Assembly: GCA_030141605.1 (NCBI GenBank)
Contig: JAQGDQ010000303.1
Span: 124,001-188,000 of the forward strand
Reading direction: 5' to 3'
DNA length: 64,000 nucleotides
Source of the DNA: Tubiluchus corallicola
Lineage: Eukaryota > Animalia > Priapulida
Part shown: positions 40,101 through 52,680 of the stretch, piece after piece
Layout of the letters: each line of letters begins with the position of its first letter
How positions within the stretch are numbered: the first letter of the stretch is position 1
Program-made: the position numbers and the translations under genes
The notes under the pieces: generated by a model
Databases searched by the model: none
The model's input: the letters and a program-made list of their open reading frames with translations, nothing else
Told to the model about the DNA's origin: nothing

Positions 40101-41341
40101 TTTTTGCTTTCTAGTAGAGAGCGCTCACCCCTAATAAACAGTAAATTACACTATAATAATGTAGGCCTTATAATTGTTAAAATAAATTCTTGTATAATAA
40201 CTAATTAGTAAGTTAATATTATTCTGTCTGTCTCATCCTGAATAATCTTACAATAACATCAAAATCCAAATAATTACCTTGCCACTACAGTGACTACACG
40301 AATGCTAAATCCGGGCCTAGCAATAATTAAAACTGTGTCTATATATCTAATTATTAAAATAAATTCATATATAGCATTATTTTTAGAGCTTTTTCAGTTA
40401 AATGCTTATGTGGGGATTGTGCTCGTACTGCTTAGTGAAGCGCAGTAGTAACAGTTAAGTATTCGTATTTTATTTTTCAAAAACAGTGGTGGCTTACCTT
40501 TATAAAATGTATCACTAATTTTATCAGTGGAACAGATGGAGCATGGAATCCTAATGGTAGTACCAAGAATAGTTAAATGTATCTGGTTAACAATTATTAA
40601 TAATTTTTAATTTCAGATATCAAATCAAACCAGAATTCTATTACACGGTTTCCGAAAGTACAAAAATAAGATTCAAAGTTTAATGTTGTTTAATTTCGCA
40701 CTTGTCCATTCGATGGCTTCGTGTAACATTTTAGATTACTTTCCAAAATCTCACACCAGTCGCGAGTATTGTTCGCGATTTCCTAAGTTTGTTATAGACA
40801 TGTCCATGGTAACTTTAAGTTTTGTCTTTGGTGTTATTTGAAATAAGACTAATGTTATAATTTTCTTCTTTGCAGCTAATAATAACGCTTAATTTATTAA
40901 TTAGTTTATTTATTAAAAGTAATGTTAATAATTCTTTGCAGTTGCTCGACAATGCTTAATGTTCCTTGAAAAGCTTTAAAACTTAAAATGTTTGATTGTT
41001 TCGATTGTTGATATAATGTCTTTTTGATCTGTTATATACTTGCTGGTTTGATGTGATGTTTTATACTAGTCTGTATAATAAACCTAACGTATGCTAACGT
41101 CATATCATTTTATTGTTCTTTATATTCACCATTTTTATGTTTGAATATTATACTTTATTTTAAAAGTCTAATGGGCAAGTGATTTGACTGCTGTGTTTTT
41201 GTTTGTTGACTAATTTAAGTTTACTTTATAGACTTCACAGGTAAGAATTTGACAACACTATTTCATGATAAAATAATTTATTAATCCAATGATAGGGGTG
41301 CCTGAGGTAGTAAATATTACTTTTACAGCCAATGTAGATTT

Positions 41342-41917
41342 TTATGGGCAGGTACAAGTTTCGCCTAATCAAAGTTGTCCCATTTGATATAAATCGAATA
41401 ATAACAATATAAATAAATTTAATAATTTTTTGTTTCATTCACCTTGTTCACATGTGCCTTTTTGTGGTCTTGTTAACATTGCTAATTTATTAAAAAATTT
41501 CACGAAGTCATTAGCGTTTTGTACATCTTTAGATTGCAGTCTCTTTCTGGCGAAACGTAATAACGTCAATTTTCCTAATTTAGCGGAAAAGTTTATTAAG
41601 AGGTTTGGATCCGAGATATAGATTCTCCTAAATAAAGACAAGGCAAAAAATAAGTCCGATTGTTATCTCTTTCTGTGCTAGCACCATAAGCCATTACGTA
41701 ACATAATAAAATAGCCACAACACTCAAACAGCAACGGAATTATAACTAAATAATAAATAACTCTAATCTATTATTAATACACAATACAAAATTAACATGA
41801 AAAGAAAAAAAGCTTATCTAGTACACTATGAAAACTAGTTGATCTATACTTAAGCAGCGTCCTTTCTTCATCTGTGCGTCCTGTGCCCGATTTTGCTTCA
41901 CGCCAATTGTTTTCCAT
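41342..41917 (-). CDS. Putative small orphan protein, 91 aa, 3 coding exons
   Basis: Exons 41850-41917, 41443-41627, 41342-41364 join in phase (2, then 1): MENNWREAKSGTGRTDEERTLLKRIYISDPNLLINFSAKLGKLTLLRFARKRLQSKDVQNANDFVKFFNKLAMLTRPQKGTCEQGETCTCP*; AATAAA ~60 nt after the stop. Confidence 0.5.
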
Positions 41918-42397
41918 CCTGTGTGCAGTCCACTAAAATTTAATAATGTTTCACCAATAGCAACACCAGGTGGCTGTGTTTCAGTAGCTTAACTAACAAG
42001 TTTATACTAACCACCCAGATGGCTACCACAATGCCATCAGTTATCAAGATAGTGTTATTCCTTTATAGCCTGCACTATAACATAACTCCAGCTCCAAAGC
42101 TTCAATCCCAACAAGTCAACTGCGTGAGGAGAGACAGATAATGGTGCTGGTCAGCTTGAAGCTCTAGCTACGAATGACGGACATCTAACAAAATTATAAT
42201 TATATAACGTCTAGAGCATGGATACTGATCTTCTAATTAGACTGTGTAAGAAAATGACTTATTTTGGTCTCAGATTGGCTAATGAGATGCCCTACTCACT
42301 ATCATAATTTTATAATGTTATTATGCGAGATGGAATTCTCGTAATGGATCTCAAGCTAGCAAAGTATTTCATATGGGAATAAGTATAGCGCACGTGT

Positions 42398-42966
42398 CCA
42401 GAGCTGTAAGTGGATCACCAAGTGTGACTCATCAGAACTTGACCCACAGGTATTATGACCTCGATCTACCCAGCCCACACCTATGACCCATTATAAGTAA
42501 AGTGACCCATGCCCTGACTATAACCCATATTGGCCTAGTATTAACTCCTCTTTGCAGTAAACGTCTGCTATATTAACATCTAAACAATTTAAAAAAAACA
42601 ATCGAATTTGTAAAAGGTAAATTCGTATGTATTCGTCGTATAAGTGTACTCATGTATACTCATGCATGTACTTGGGATTGGCAGAAGTGTTTTCTATGAA
42701 CGCCACCATTTTAGCACACGATTTTGACGTCATTGGAACAATTTTCACTATTTCCTGACTGTTAGAAAGTTCTTCAGCGAAGTGCCATTGTGATTTCATA
42801 GTATTCACTTAAAAATAGTTTTCAAAAAGTTTTCAAAAAATATGACTGTATAATTTTTATTGGGTCACGCGGGTCTGGCTTTAGACCCACGCTTTCGTAA
42901 CCCATTGGAAAATAGTGACCCAATTGACTCACGGCCCATGATCCATTGACCCATTACCAGTTCTGG
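42398..42966. mobile_element. MITE-like element with GACCCA subrepeats
   Basis: Termini CCAGAGCTGTAAGTGG and CCATTACCAGTTCTGG are imperfect inverted repeats; many TGACCCA motifs near both ends. Confidence 0.55.
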
Positions 42967-44093
42967 ACCTGTTTTAGACGCAACTGAGGCATTCGCATTC
43001 GCACAGGCATTCGCTATCACTGGCCACGGCAAACGTAAAATTACTGGCATAAGAATGGTGAAGAATACTGTTTTAATCCTGTTATTTCGCTTTGTTCTCA
43101 TGATAGGAAGGATAAAGGCTCCATTGTTAGCCTAAGGGTAATCAAAAATAGGTTATTAAATCATTCACGTTCTCTAGAGTATGTAAATGTTATATAAATT
43201 ATTGATATATTAATGCCGTAGAGCTACGTCGTGCTTGGTTTGTCGGTGGTTAGACAAATCAGTATACAAATTAAGACATAGCATGAAATGTGCGACCAAG
43301 TTTATTTTACAGAAATCACATACATGTAGCTAGATTACGAAATCATATGTAAGTAGCGTAAGAATTAATCATATCAATATGAATATTATAATGTATGGCG
43401 CACTTGCCGTAAGAATTAAGAAACTGCTTTATGTGGGGTACATCCATGCATATTTAAATTTTTGCACATGTAGTAGTACTCTTAACAATCAGCATAGTAT
43501 TACCTGCTAAGCTTCATATAGGATAACTCAGAAAAACATGTTAAAGTTATTCCGATCGTTACTATAATTAAGTGCAAACAGCAGCAGTGGCAGCATGTCT
43601 AAATTTGGCTTCTGAATTACGAAGCATGTCAAAAAGCAGTATCTTAAATGTTTCATTTAAAATTTGCCATATTTTTATAAAGCTTCCAGTCATAAAGGAA
43701 TAAAATTTGCTTTTTGGGTGATCGTTATAGTCACAATGGCTTCGTTGTAGTAAATAAGTAAAATTAAAAGCTGGTTTACCCTGGGATGATTAACACTTTG
43801 TAGCCAACTTCTTATAATGTCACGACATTATATTGCGACGTCCTGTTAATTTGACTATGATTACCATATAACAGAGAAAAACATAAGTGAAACACAATGG
43901 CCACAAGCCACCTCAATCGTTAAATGCACAATTAATTAAAATTATATTTTTTTACTTTTTTAGCTATAAACCATTTCTAGAATAAAAGAGAGTTTTCCTC
44001 GTGAATTTCCGTCCCTTGCAGGTTTTTGAAATTCGCTCATATAGATTTTAGAACCTGTGGTTATTTACGTCTTCTGCAAACAGTCTTCTGCAT

Positions 44094-47000
44094 TCATTCT
44101 TCTTTTGCAATTTGTTCGCATTTGATCTCAACTTCGTATCCAGGACGTAGTATCATCTGATCCTTGCGAGGAATGCAGTTTTCTTCAGTTAATTTCTAAT
44201 TAGAAAAAACATTTATAAACCTGGCTATACATAGATGCGGCAGTCATAGTAATAATAAACCTACAGTTTTATTATTAATTACAATTCTTGGTTATTCTTT
44301 ATTGCAAAAGGTTGTACAAGATGCAAACGTGCAGTTAAAATACATAGCAATTTTCCATAAAATTAGTTTAAAGAAATTGTTTAAAAACACTAGCAACATA
44401 CTAACAAAACTAAAAATATATACATTATTGTAACTATTGTATAGTTATATTACAAAACAATTTATAAGATATTGCAATACATGATACACTGGGAATTCTG
44501 CTTTCGCCCGTTTAATTGTAGGTGTATTTAGGGTTGGGACTTATCACATAACACTGTGCCCTGATTTAGGAAGAAAAAAGAAAGACGACTGATGAACGAA
44601 AGATGAAAGAAAAAAAGTGACATGGTCAACAAGAACAAAAATACCACTCCATAAGATAAGCATTATGTTAAGTTAGTTTTGATAATGAGACATGATGAAA
44701 AATATCATAACGTAATCATTATTCGCTTAGCACTAATTAATGCAAGAACAAATTTAACAGAAGTCCCGATTTATATAGGCAAATACAATAATCTACGACT
44801 TTCTTCAGAAGTAAAAGGCTAGTGAAATAGACCGTACACTTACATTGTTATTTTCATCGAAAACGGTTGTTATCCAATTACAAAAGCGATAATCGCCCAG
44901 CTTAGATATCTTGAAACAGCCTTTGTCTGCCACGTATTTATATTTTGTTGAGAACACACCATTCTGAAACAGTTTTTTCAAATACAAAAATTGTGAACAG
45001 TATAAATTGCGATTTTAAATTTATTTAGTTTCTAGCCTCTTTCTTGTTGAATATGTATAAAATTACAATTCTAAATATATTTAGCCTCTTACCAATTTTC
45101 TACAGTAATTTAGTGAATTTAGGTAACTGAAGTAACTATAGGTAAAAGTTTGATCAAGTAAGACCATTTTACAACTTAACAAAACGCAAGAGTATTATAG
45201 ATTTGTCGCAATGATTGAATCGTTGAGTTTTTTTCGTCATCTTTATAATTTATACATTAAATATTACAAACGAAGTAAATAAGATTTAAGAATTTAAAAA
45301 TTTTAAAATTGAAGATTTTGTATTAATTTAAAAATTCATAATTAAAATTTATAATTATAAAGCTTGTGATTGCAATATGATACAGTTATAGTATAAAGTT
45401 TATTAACACTCACATTACAGAAGACTGATTACAATGAGATTGTGTTAATTGATAAAAGTCAAGACCATTTAAAAAATAATAAAATATGAAAAGTTCAATT
45501 AAAACTATTTTAATTGATGTTTATCAGCTAGAGTAAAGTTTAAGAAAGGTTTAAAATATGGAATAGCAGAATAAAAGTTGTGATTAGTCAAACAGAATTC
45601 TTCAACAATGCTTTTAGCCGGATTTTCTTAAGTTAATTGTGCTGATTTGAATTAACGGGTAGCAAATGACAGTAAGCTTCTGATCGAAGAGCCTTACTTG
45701 CAAAATTCGACGCTAACTGTGTTCTTCTATCAATTAACGTTTTCATTCGAAGGGTATGCAATTACACTGTCATAAACAAAAATTTTGGACCCTAAATTAA
45801 TTTACATGCATGGATCTGAATTTTTTCCAAATCTTTTTCTTGGATTTTCGTAATTGCAGCATGCCAAACAAGAGCAAAGTTTTAAACATGATATCTAGTA
45901 TACGTTGTGTAAACTTATTAAGCGTGTTTATAAAGTGTTATAAAGAAGGCATTACATCGTGTGACGCAAGAAAAATGTGCCGATATTTAGACTACAATAA
46001 CATTGGAGGAAAATACTCTACAAAGATGAAATTTCACAGCACGATACTACAATTTACTAGACTTTAGTTGCGAAAGTTACCTGTTTACAGTATTAGCAAA
46101 TATTAAGTTATAGCCAAAAAAACTTTCGCTTATTAACAATGTTAGCTGTAATCGTCATCTGAGAAACAGTTGTGTTGCCATATTAAAGCACACAATACAT
46201 AGAAACAAAACAATAAAGAAATCAACCTTTTTTTACATTATGGTCGTCACCACGGAAAATAAAAATACTAATAAAGATCTAATAAAGGCGGTATCTGGAA
46301 TTCATATGGAACGTGCGCGACGACCGCACAGCTACAGCCATTTGATTGGAAGAAGTGTATGCGTCTAATTTGTAGTGAAAATGGTGGATACATAGAGCAC
46401 TAGTTGTAAATTTTAACTATAGTGACACACACTTTCCCGAGACTTATTATTTATTTATTTTTGATCTTTGGAAAATCTAAGCAAATGACCTTAGGTGATT
46501 GCAGGTAAGCGTTTGTAACATCAGTGTGGTAATTTTCAAGCAATTCTATTATTTTCTTATAATGATCAAAAGTTTGGCATATTTTTTGATTAGGGTTGCT
46601 CCTGTTCAGGGAAGTGATGAATATTACGCGTTCTTACCCTTATTTCGGCTTGCGTGAGTGCGTCTGATATTGTCATATCTGGCATGACACCCACCTTAAC
46701 TGACGCACCGTCCGATGGGTTGGGAAATACGACAGAAACTTTTATCATTCTCTGAAAGGCACAAAGGTGTTATAATAATTATTACAATGTTGGTGCCATT
46801 CAGGGACGTCATAAACATAACGCGTATTTGTCACGTCCTTGCGGTGCTGTTGTAAGTGAATCTTGCGTAAAATAAGCAACAAAGTACCAACGAAAGTCCA
46901 TTAGGATAATGTTCATTAGCGACTTTCATAAATGGCTTACGGCAATAATACACGCGTGCCTTTGAAATACGAAACTAAGTCACTAATATTCCAGCTTTTG

Positions 47001-48880
47001 TTGTTCACTTTGCTGAAGCTATATACCTAATGACATTTTGAGCAATGGAATATTTCAGGTTTACTATGAAAATCACGCATTTAGTGCTACAAAAATCTTC
47101 AAATTTCTGCTTCAGCCAGCGCGTAATTTACCAAGTGCAACAATAAAAATTTTATTTAACGACATTGATATAAGCGAATGCTTGTCGTCCAGAGCTTTAA
47201 AAATACATTCAGAAATGCATTAGAAATGCAGTAAAATAAATATAACATCGCGAGAAAGCCAAAAATTTTGTCTAGGTAGGGTTCAGTACGACAGCAGTTG
47301 TGCTAACTCCACTTGGAGGTGTGCTAGCTCAAAGAAAGAGTTCTCAATTAATTTAACTATACGTATACAGGATTCTCTGTAACTTACAGGTTTGCCTGGT
47401 AGCGACTCCCATGAAGAAGGAAACCAAAACGGTTCAGGCCCACCGGGGCCAATGATGCTTTTTGTATCGTCAGTCATTGGCAGAAAGAAAATGCCTGCTC
47501 GTTCAATAGGTTCTTGTGAATTTTCTCTACCGAAGTTAAATGGTCCTTTTTCTATAGCGTCGGAAGGCAATTTTGGTGACGCCGGCAACATCGATGGAAA
47601 CGGCAAATTCTTGTCTGGTGGTGACAAAGCGTCGGTGTAGTACGTACCGGGGCCAATGTCGCTTTCTGAATCGTCGGTACTTGGCAGAAAGAAAATGCCT
47701 GCTCGTTCTATAGGTTCTTGTAAATTTTCTCTACCGAAGTTAAATGGTTCTTTTTCTATAGCGTCGGAAGGCAATTCTGGTGACGCCGGCAACATCGGTG
47801 GAAACGGCAAACTCTTCTCTGATGGGGACAAAGCACCGCTGTATGTCGAAAAGTCCTTAATCGTACTATGAGTCTGCAAAACAGAATTTAAGAGAAAAAT
47901 GCATGCGTTTTACTAATAAAAAGCAATTTAACAACTATGTGTGTTAATCTTTTATTGTTCCATTACTGCTACTAGGGTTACTGTTCTGAATGATAGATTG
48001 CCTATTGTGTGTTGCTGTCGTTGTCGTTGTTGTGATTACTTATGTTGCAGCTACTGCTGCTGATAACATGTGATAGTTAGGATGAAGATAATAGTGATGA
48101 CAGACAATGACGACGACAACATTGATGATAAGGATGACGACTGTTGCGAGTACAGCACCCACGCCCTTTTGTTAAACGACATTATCCAGAATTCATTAAA
48201 GCTGTGCTTTGATCTATGCGAGATCAACCGTCAGTCATACACAGGTTCCTGTTCAAATTGCTCTGTTGTGACGTAAATTACGACTATGAGACCTTTTGCG
48301 TTCTAAATTAGAGGACTCAACAACTGTTATATCAGCTTACAGTTCAAAGGTTTCTGTTTTATCATATTTCTGGCTTTTAATGATGAATGTGATTACGATG
48401 GTGTAGATGATTATGATAATAATGATAGTGGTGATGCGTGATGATTTATAATGTTGGTGCTGGTGATGACGACGATGTTGATGATGATGATGATGATGAC
48501 GATGATGATGATAATGATGATGATGATGAAAAACTGGTGATTTTTGCGATGATGATGATGACAACAAGGGCTACGATAATGTTAGCAATGATAATGACGA
48601 AGATAAGCGTGACAATCATGATAGCTCTTCTACGTGCCTTTGGTATATTTTCTAGCTGATTCAATATCTCTACACAGAGTCGTCTTGAGAACTGAGCTGG
48701 TGGATTCCAAGAGGCGGCGTTCGACTGGACAAGCTGCTTACAACCGTTCACAAGCCTGGCATACTTCTTATTTTCCATCGAAAATCTTCCTTTGCGTTGG
48801 CTTTTCAACCTGTCCTCCCCGCTAACAATTATAGCTGATAGCATAGTGATGCCGAGGACGCCTGCACACCAATTCCGCAT
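44094..48880 (-). CDS. Secreted protein (~355-375 aa) with signal peptide, duplicated 68-aa Pro/acidic unit and C-terminal DUF4430/transcobalamin-beta-like domain
   Basis: Phase-0 exons 47388-47873, 46638-46751, 44844-44963, 44094-44195 (TGA) have clean AG/GT sites and join in frame; first coding exon 48638-48880 (MRNWCAGVLGITMLSAIIVSG signal peptide) needs a GC donor; 48243-48302 is a possible extra exon. C-terminus IKVSVVF...VKVGVMPDMTISDALTQAE...FSTKY...GCFKISKLG...W...CIP...LRPGYEVEI. Confidence 0.62.
47443..47834. repeat. 204-bp coding tandem duplication (2 copies)
   Basis: GGCAGAAAGAAAATGCCTGCTCGTTC at 47479 and 47683 (offset 204 nt = 68 aa). Confidence 0.95.
48375..48620. repeat. (GAT)n-type trinucleotide low-complexity tract, intronic
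   Basis: gatgatgatgacgatgat... runs that generate spurious poly-D/H/S ORFs. Confidence 0.9.
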
Positions 48881-50539
48881 TGCTGCCTAATAAAAAGCAT
48901 GTTTTAGGCCTAAATATATGTTATATTCAACGTTAATAATGAACAAAAAGTCAAGCATAACCAAGATTGCCGAAATTAACCAATGTCATAGAACTTGGAT
49001 GCACCTGCCTTTAAAAGTGGAAAACAACGATTGTATCAAACGTACTTGTCTTAAATAGGAGTCCCAGGAAATATGAAGATACTGCCTTAATTTATCTTAT
49101 GCCTAACTATTGTATTTGATTAAAAGTTGCGCAACAAAAAATTGCATGTCTTCACACTCTCAATGAAAACAGTATATTACAAAACAGTAGACCGGGAGCC
49201 CAGGGCTAAAAAAAATTGGTTTCGTTCGCTCAGTCTGGTGACCAGTTTTCACCTACATCAGATGAAAGAGGGACCTGGGTGGCAGTACTAATTTTCAGAT
49301 GGGCCTTGTCGGACCTCCCCCAAACACCCTTGTTAATGCAAATTTGTGCATGGCAAGCAAGAGGCTATTTCATGTTGCATCCATATAGGCATTGAACATT
49401 AACTTTATCTAGTATTATTCTACCGATCATTGTGTTCATTTGCTCAGTAGTAAAAAAATTTTGAATGGCCCATCATGGCGTACTGCTCTAAAAGCAGTTC
49501 CATCTCAGATAGCCCCAAAACATGTTTACTGAAAACCTGTTTATTTTTCATGGACTATTTTATTTTCCTACTGTAAGTTTTTATTTATATAGTGTACTAC
49601 TCTCGACATTGATGTATAAAATTCCCATACCAGTAGTAATTCAGAGTGGGCAGTAGTTGCGTAAGGTGCGTTTTGTGAAGCCACTCCCATAAAGGCGTGT
49701 TTGCTTAAATGTACTTATGTTCCGTTTCTTTTAATTTCACCACACACCAGCATTACAGAACTTATTCACAATAGTGCAATGCAGACAGTCACAGTGACTA
49801 TTAAAATAGTACATTGCATAATTCTTGTTGGACAGTTATGGCCCATTGGTGATAGAGTGCACCTCCGTCTCATTCGACTATAGCCAAAATATAGTATCAT
49901 CAGCTATTTCGCATGCCGTTTTTTAAATTTTACAATGGCGTAACTAAAATATTTGACAATTGTACAATTTTTAATTGCATATGTCTGCGCGCTTTCATAA
50001 TCGTTAGTTATTTACAGAATTGTTGCGAAACTTCTTGTAACTTCTTGTTGCGAAACTGGAAATTATTACCTAAGGTAATAAGCAGATACACTAGCCCTGT
50101 AACAGGAGTTAGATGCAAGTGCCTTTTTCCGATGTGTTCTAAGATCAGAACACACAAGTTAAAACCAAGCAAATGTACGGAAGACTAATCAGATACAGCT
50201 GAAGCACTCATATTATGGTACTGTAATACTATGCAACGTATATTGTGATGGGAAGAAAGGAAAGACACATTTTTTCTTTCACACAAACACATACAGAATC
50301 ACGCAAAAACGAATTTCTCTCTTTTACGTAAAATGTGACATACAATATCAGCTCCAGTTGAAAGGTTTCTCTTACGTAAATCATGAAATCTAATATCAAC
50401 TTCAGTTGAAGCCAAGGAAGCCAAGTCTGCGGTTAGGTTCGATCAAGCTATTTATTCGCTTTTAATTGTGAGTTGTACACAGAACGAAAAAAAGTCCACC
50501 ATTGAATCACACCTACTCATAAATGTTTAGGATTGTACG

Positions 50540-52680
50540 TCGTTTCGCCAGGGCACAATTCGCCAGTACATCACTTCGCCAAATCTATCTTTTCGCCAGT
50601 GTATCGTGATTAACACAGAAAACTTAATTGACCTAGAAGTCACCATTGACCATTTGGTATCGACATGGTTTCATTTAAACGCTTTGTGAATGGAAGACGT
50701 AAGTCGTACAGAGGCATGCCATATATCATTGGATTTGCAATGAAACGTAGAATCTGATGCACCCCGTCAAAGTCACGAGACGAGTTTCACTTGGCCAAAA
50801 AATGGCAATAAAAAAGTTATCTAGTCAAAAATTTTGGCCAAATTTGATGTGCTTGTAGATAGAGTTAGATGCACTGTGCTAAAAAATGTCCTTGGCTTAC
50901 TAGCCTGAGAAGCTGTTGGGACCTCGAGAACCTAATTTTTTCTGGACTTCACCAGAATTAAACTCTTATGTTACTCAGGACAAAGGCGCCACGGGGCAGC
51001 ATAGAGCCGGGTGACGATAGTCCAATCAATTCTGTATCTATTATGTGTTATGCAGCCGCCACCTGTAAACGGTTTCCGCGAAACGACCGTTTTACTAGAC
51101 CCATGTTGGTACCGTGCTTAAAACTTATGACAAAAGATCAGCATTTTCAACTTTGGGAAGTCATAATTCTTCAAGGAAGCCATTTTAAATTACGTAGCTA
51201 ACACTGAAAATAGAACTGTCCTTGTGCTAGCTACCAGACTGGAAAGACAAAAGGACCTCAATGTCCTAATTTTTGCGGCAACTCGCCCAAACTTTTATCC
51301 TTATGTTATGCAAGACTGAAGCACCAGTTACCAAGGTGGCGGCCAATGGCAATAGTCCCATCGAACGTCTATCCAACGGTGTGCTATACTAGTACCATTT
51401 ACTTACAGTTATTGTGCAAAGGCCTTTTTTCAAATATTTCCTCTCATAGTTAAGGTATAAGGAAGCCAAAACCTTGACACCCATACTTAAGGTACAGGAA
51501 AAAAGGATGACTTTGAGGAGTCATTACTACCAAAGAAGCAGTTCCCAACTATCTTCGTCCAAGTGACAGTCCTATCAATTCTCTACCCGCATTCTAAACC
51601 ATGACATCCCCAACGTTCAGCACCTCGTCCACAATCGATTCACCAGACCCATTTTCACGCTCTTAAAACTAAGGAGTGACATCTAACCCTAATCCTGGCG
51701 AAATCCTGAAGTCCACACACCTAAGACAATTAGATGACCAGCATCGTAAGGACATTAAAACTAGCTGCAGTGCTTAAGAAAGCCAGTGATTAACAAAAAA
51801 AAAACAGGGAATCATCCAAAAAACACTAGAGAAAATGTTAATGGAACATGTTACTTTCTAGCTTAAAATTGTTAATCCCTAGTTTTGGTAGTTTAGTGCA
51901 GGACTTGTATCTTCCGTTCACAAAGCCTTTTTAAATTTATGAAACCATGTCGATACCAGCTATATAAGTACATAATTTAAGTATAGTACCGACATGCGTC
52001 CAGAAAAAAGGCAGTGGCAGCCCTGTAGCACTGGTGGCTGTGTGGCACATCATTGGATAAAGAATTGGTCGGGCAATCACCACTGGACGCCATCTTGGTA
52101 ATTGGTGCTTCTTGTAGGAGTAATATTACAAGCTAATGTGGCTTTCTACCCTAGCTACAAGCAGCCAAATTTGGTCGAGTAACACTATCTAATTTTTGGC
52201 TTATTCCAAAAAGATGCGTGTCTCGGAAACTAAACATTGCGGAACGAAAATAACAGCAGATTCCGAATTTTATATTTTCGACTAGACATCCTTTTTATCA
52301 CCGTTTTCTGGCTAAACGAATCTTGACTCGCGATCTTGACGCGTGCACCAGATTCTACGTTTCATTCTACGCTACATTGCAAATCCAATGATATATGATA
52401 CGCTGCTGTACGACTTAAGTCTTCTGTCCATAAAGTGTTTAAATAAAAATGACGATATTTAATGGTCAGTGGTGACTTCTACGTCAGTTAAGTCTTCAGT
52501 GTTAGTCACGATACACTGACGAAAAGATGCAGTGGCGAGAAGGGTACTCCTTTTTTAAATACTACACTATTTCTACCTACAACTTCTGAAACGACGCACT
52601 GGTGAAACGATGCACTGGCGAAAAGATAGACTGGTGAAAAGATAGACTAGAGAAAAAGATAGATTGGCGAAAAGATAATG
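50540..52680. mobile_element. ~2.1-kb non-autonomous foldback-type DNA element with long diverged inverted arms
   Basis: ~50588-50830 is an imperfect reverse complement of ~52275-52530 (e.g. ATATATCATTGGATTTGCAATG, GAAACGTAGAATCTG, TAGAAGTCACCA); outer TTCGCCAG / CTGGCGAAAA subrepeats; no transposase ORF. Confidence 0.7.

Noticed and set aside
48337-48659. Poly-His, poly-Asp and poly-Ser ORFs
   Set aside because: Translations of a (GAT/TCA)n microsatellite
50983-52060. Short peptides resembling MRPL4 motifs (RHG.SI, GGCVAH)
   Set aside because: Need frameshifts, are very short and lie inside a repeat element; likely chance
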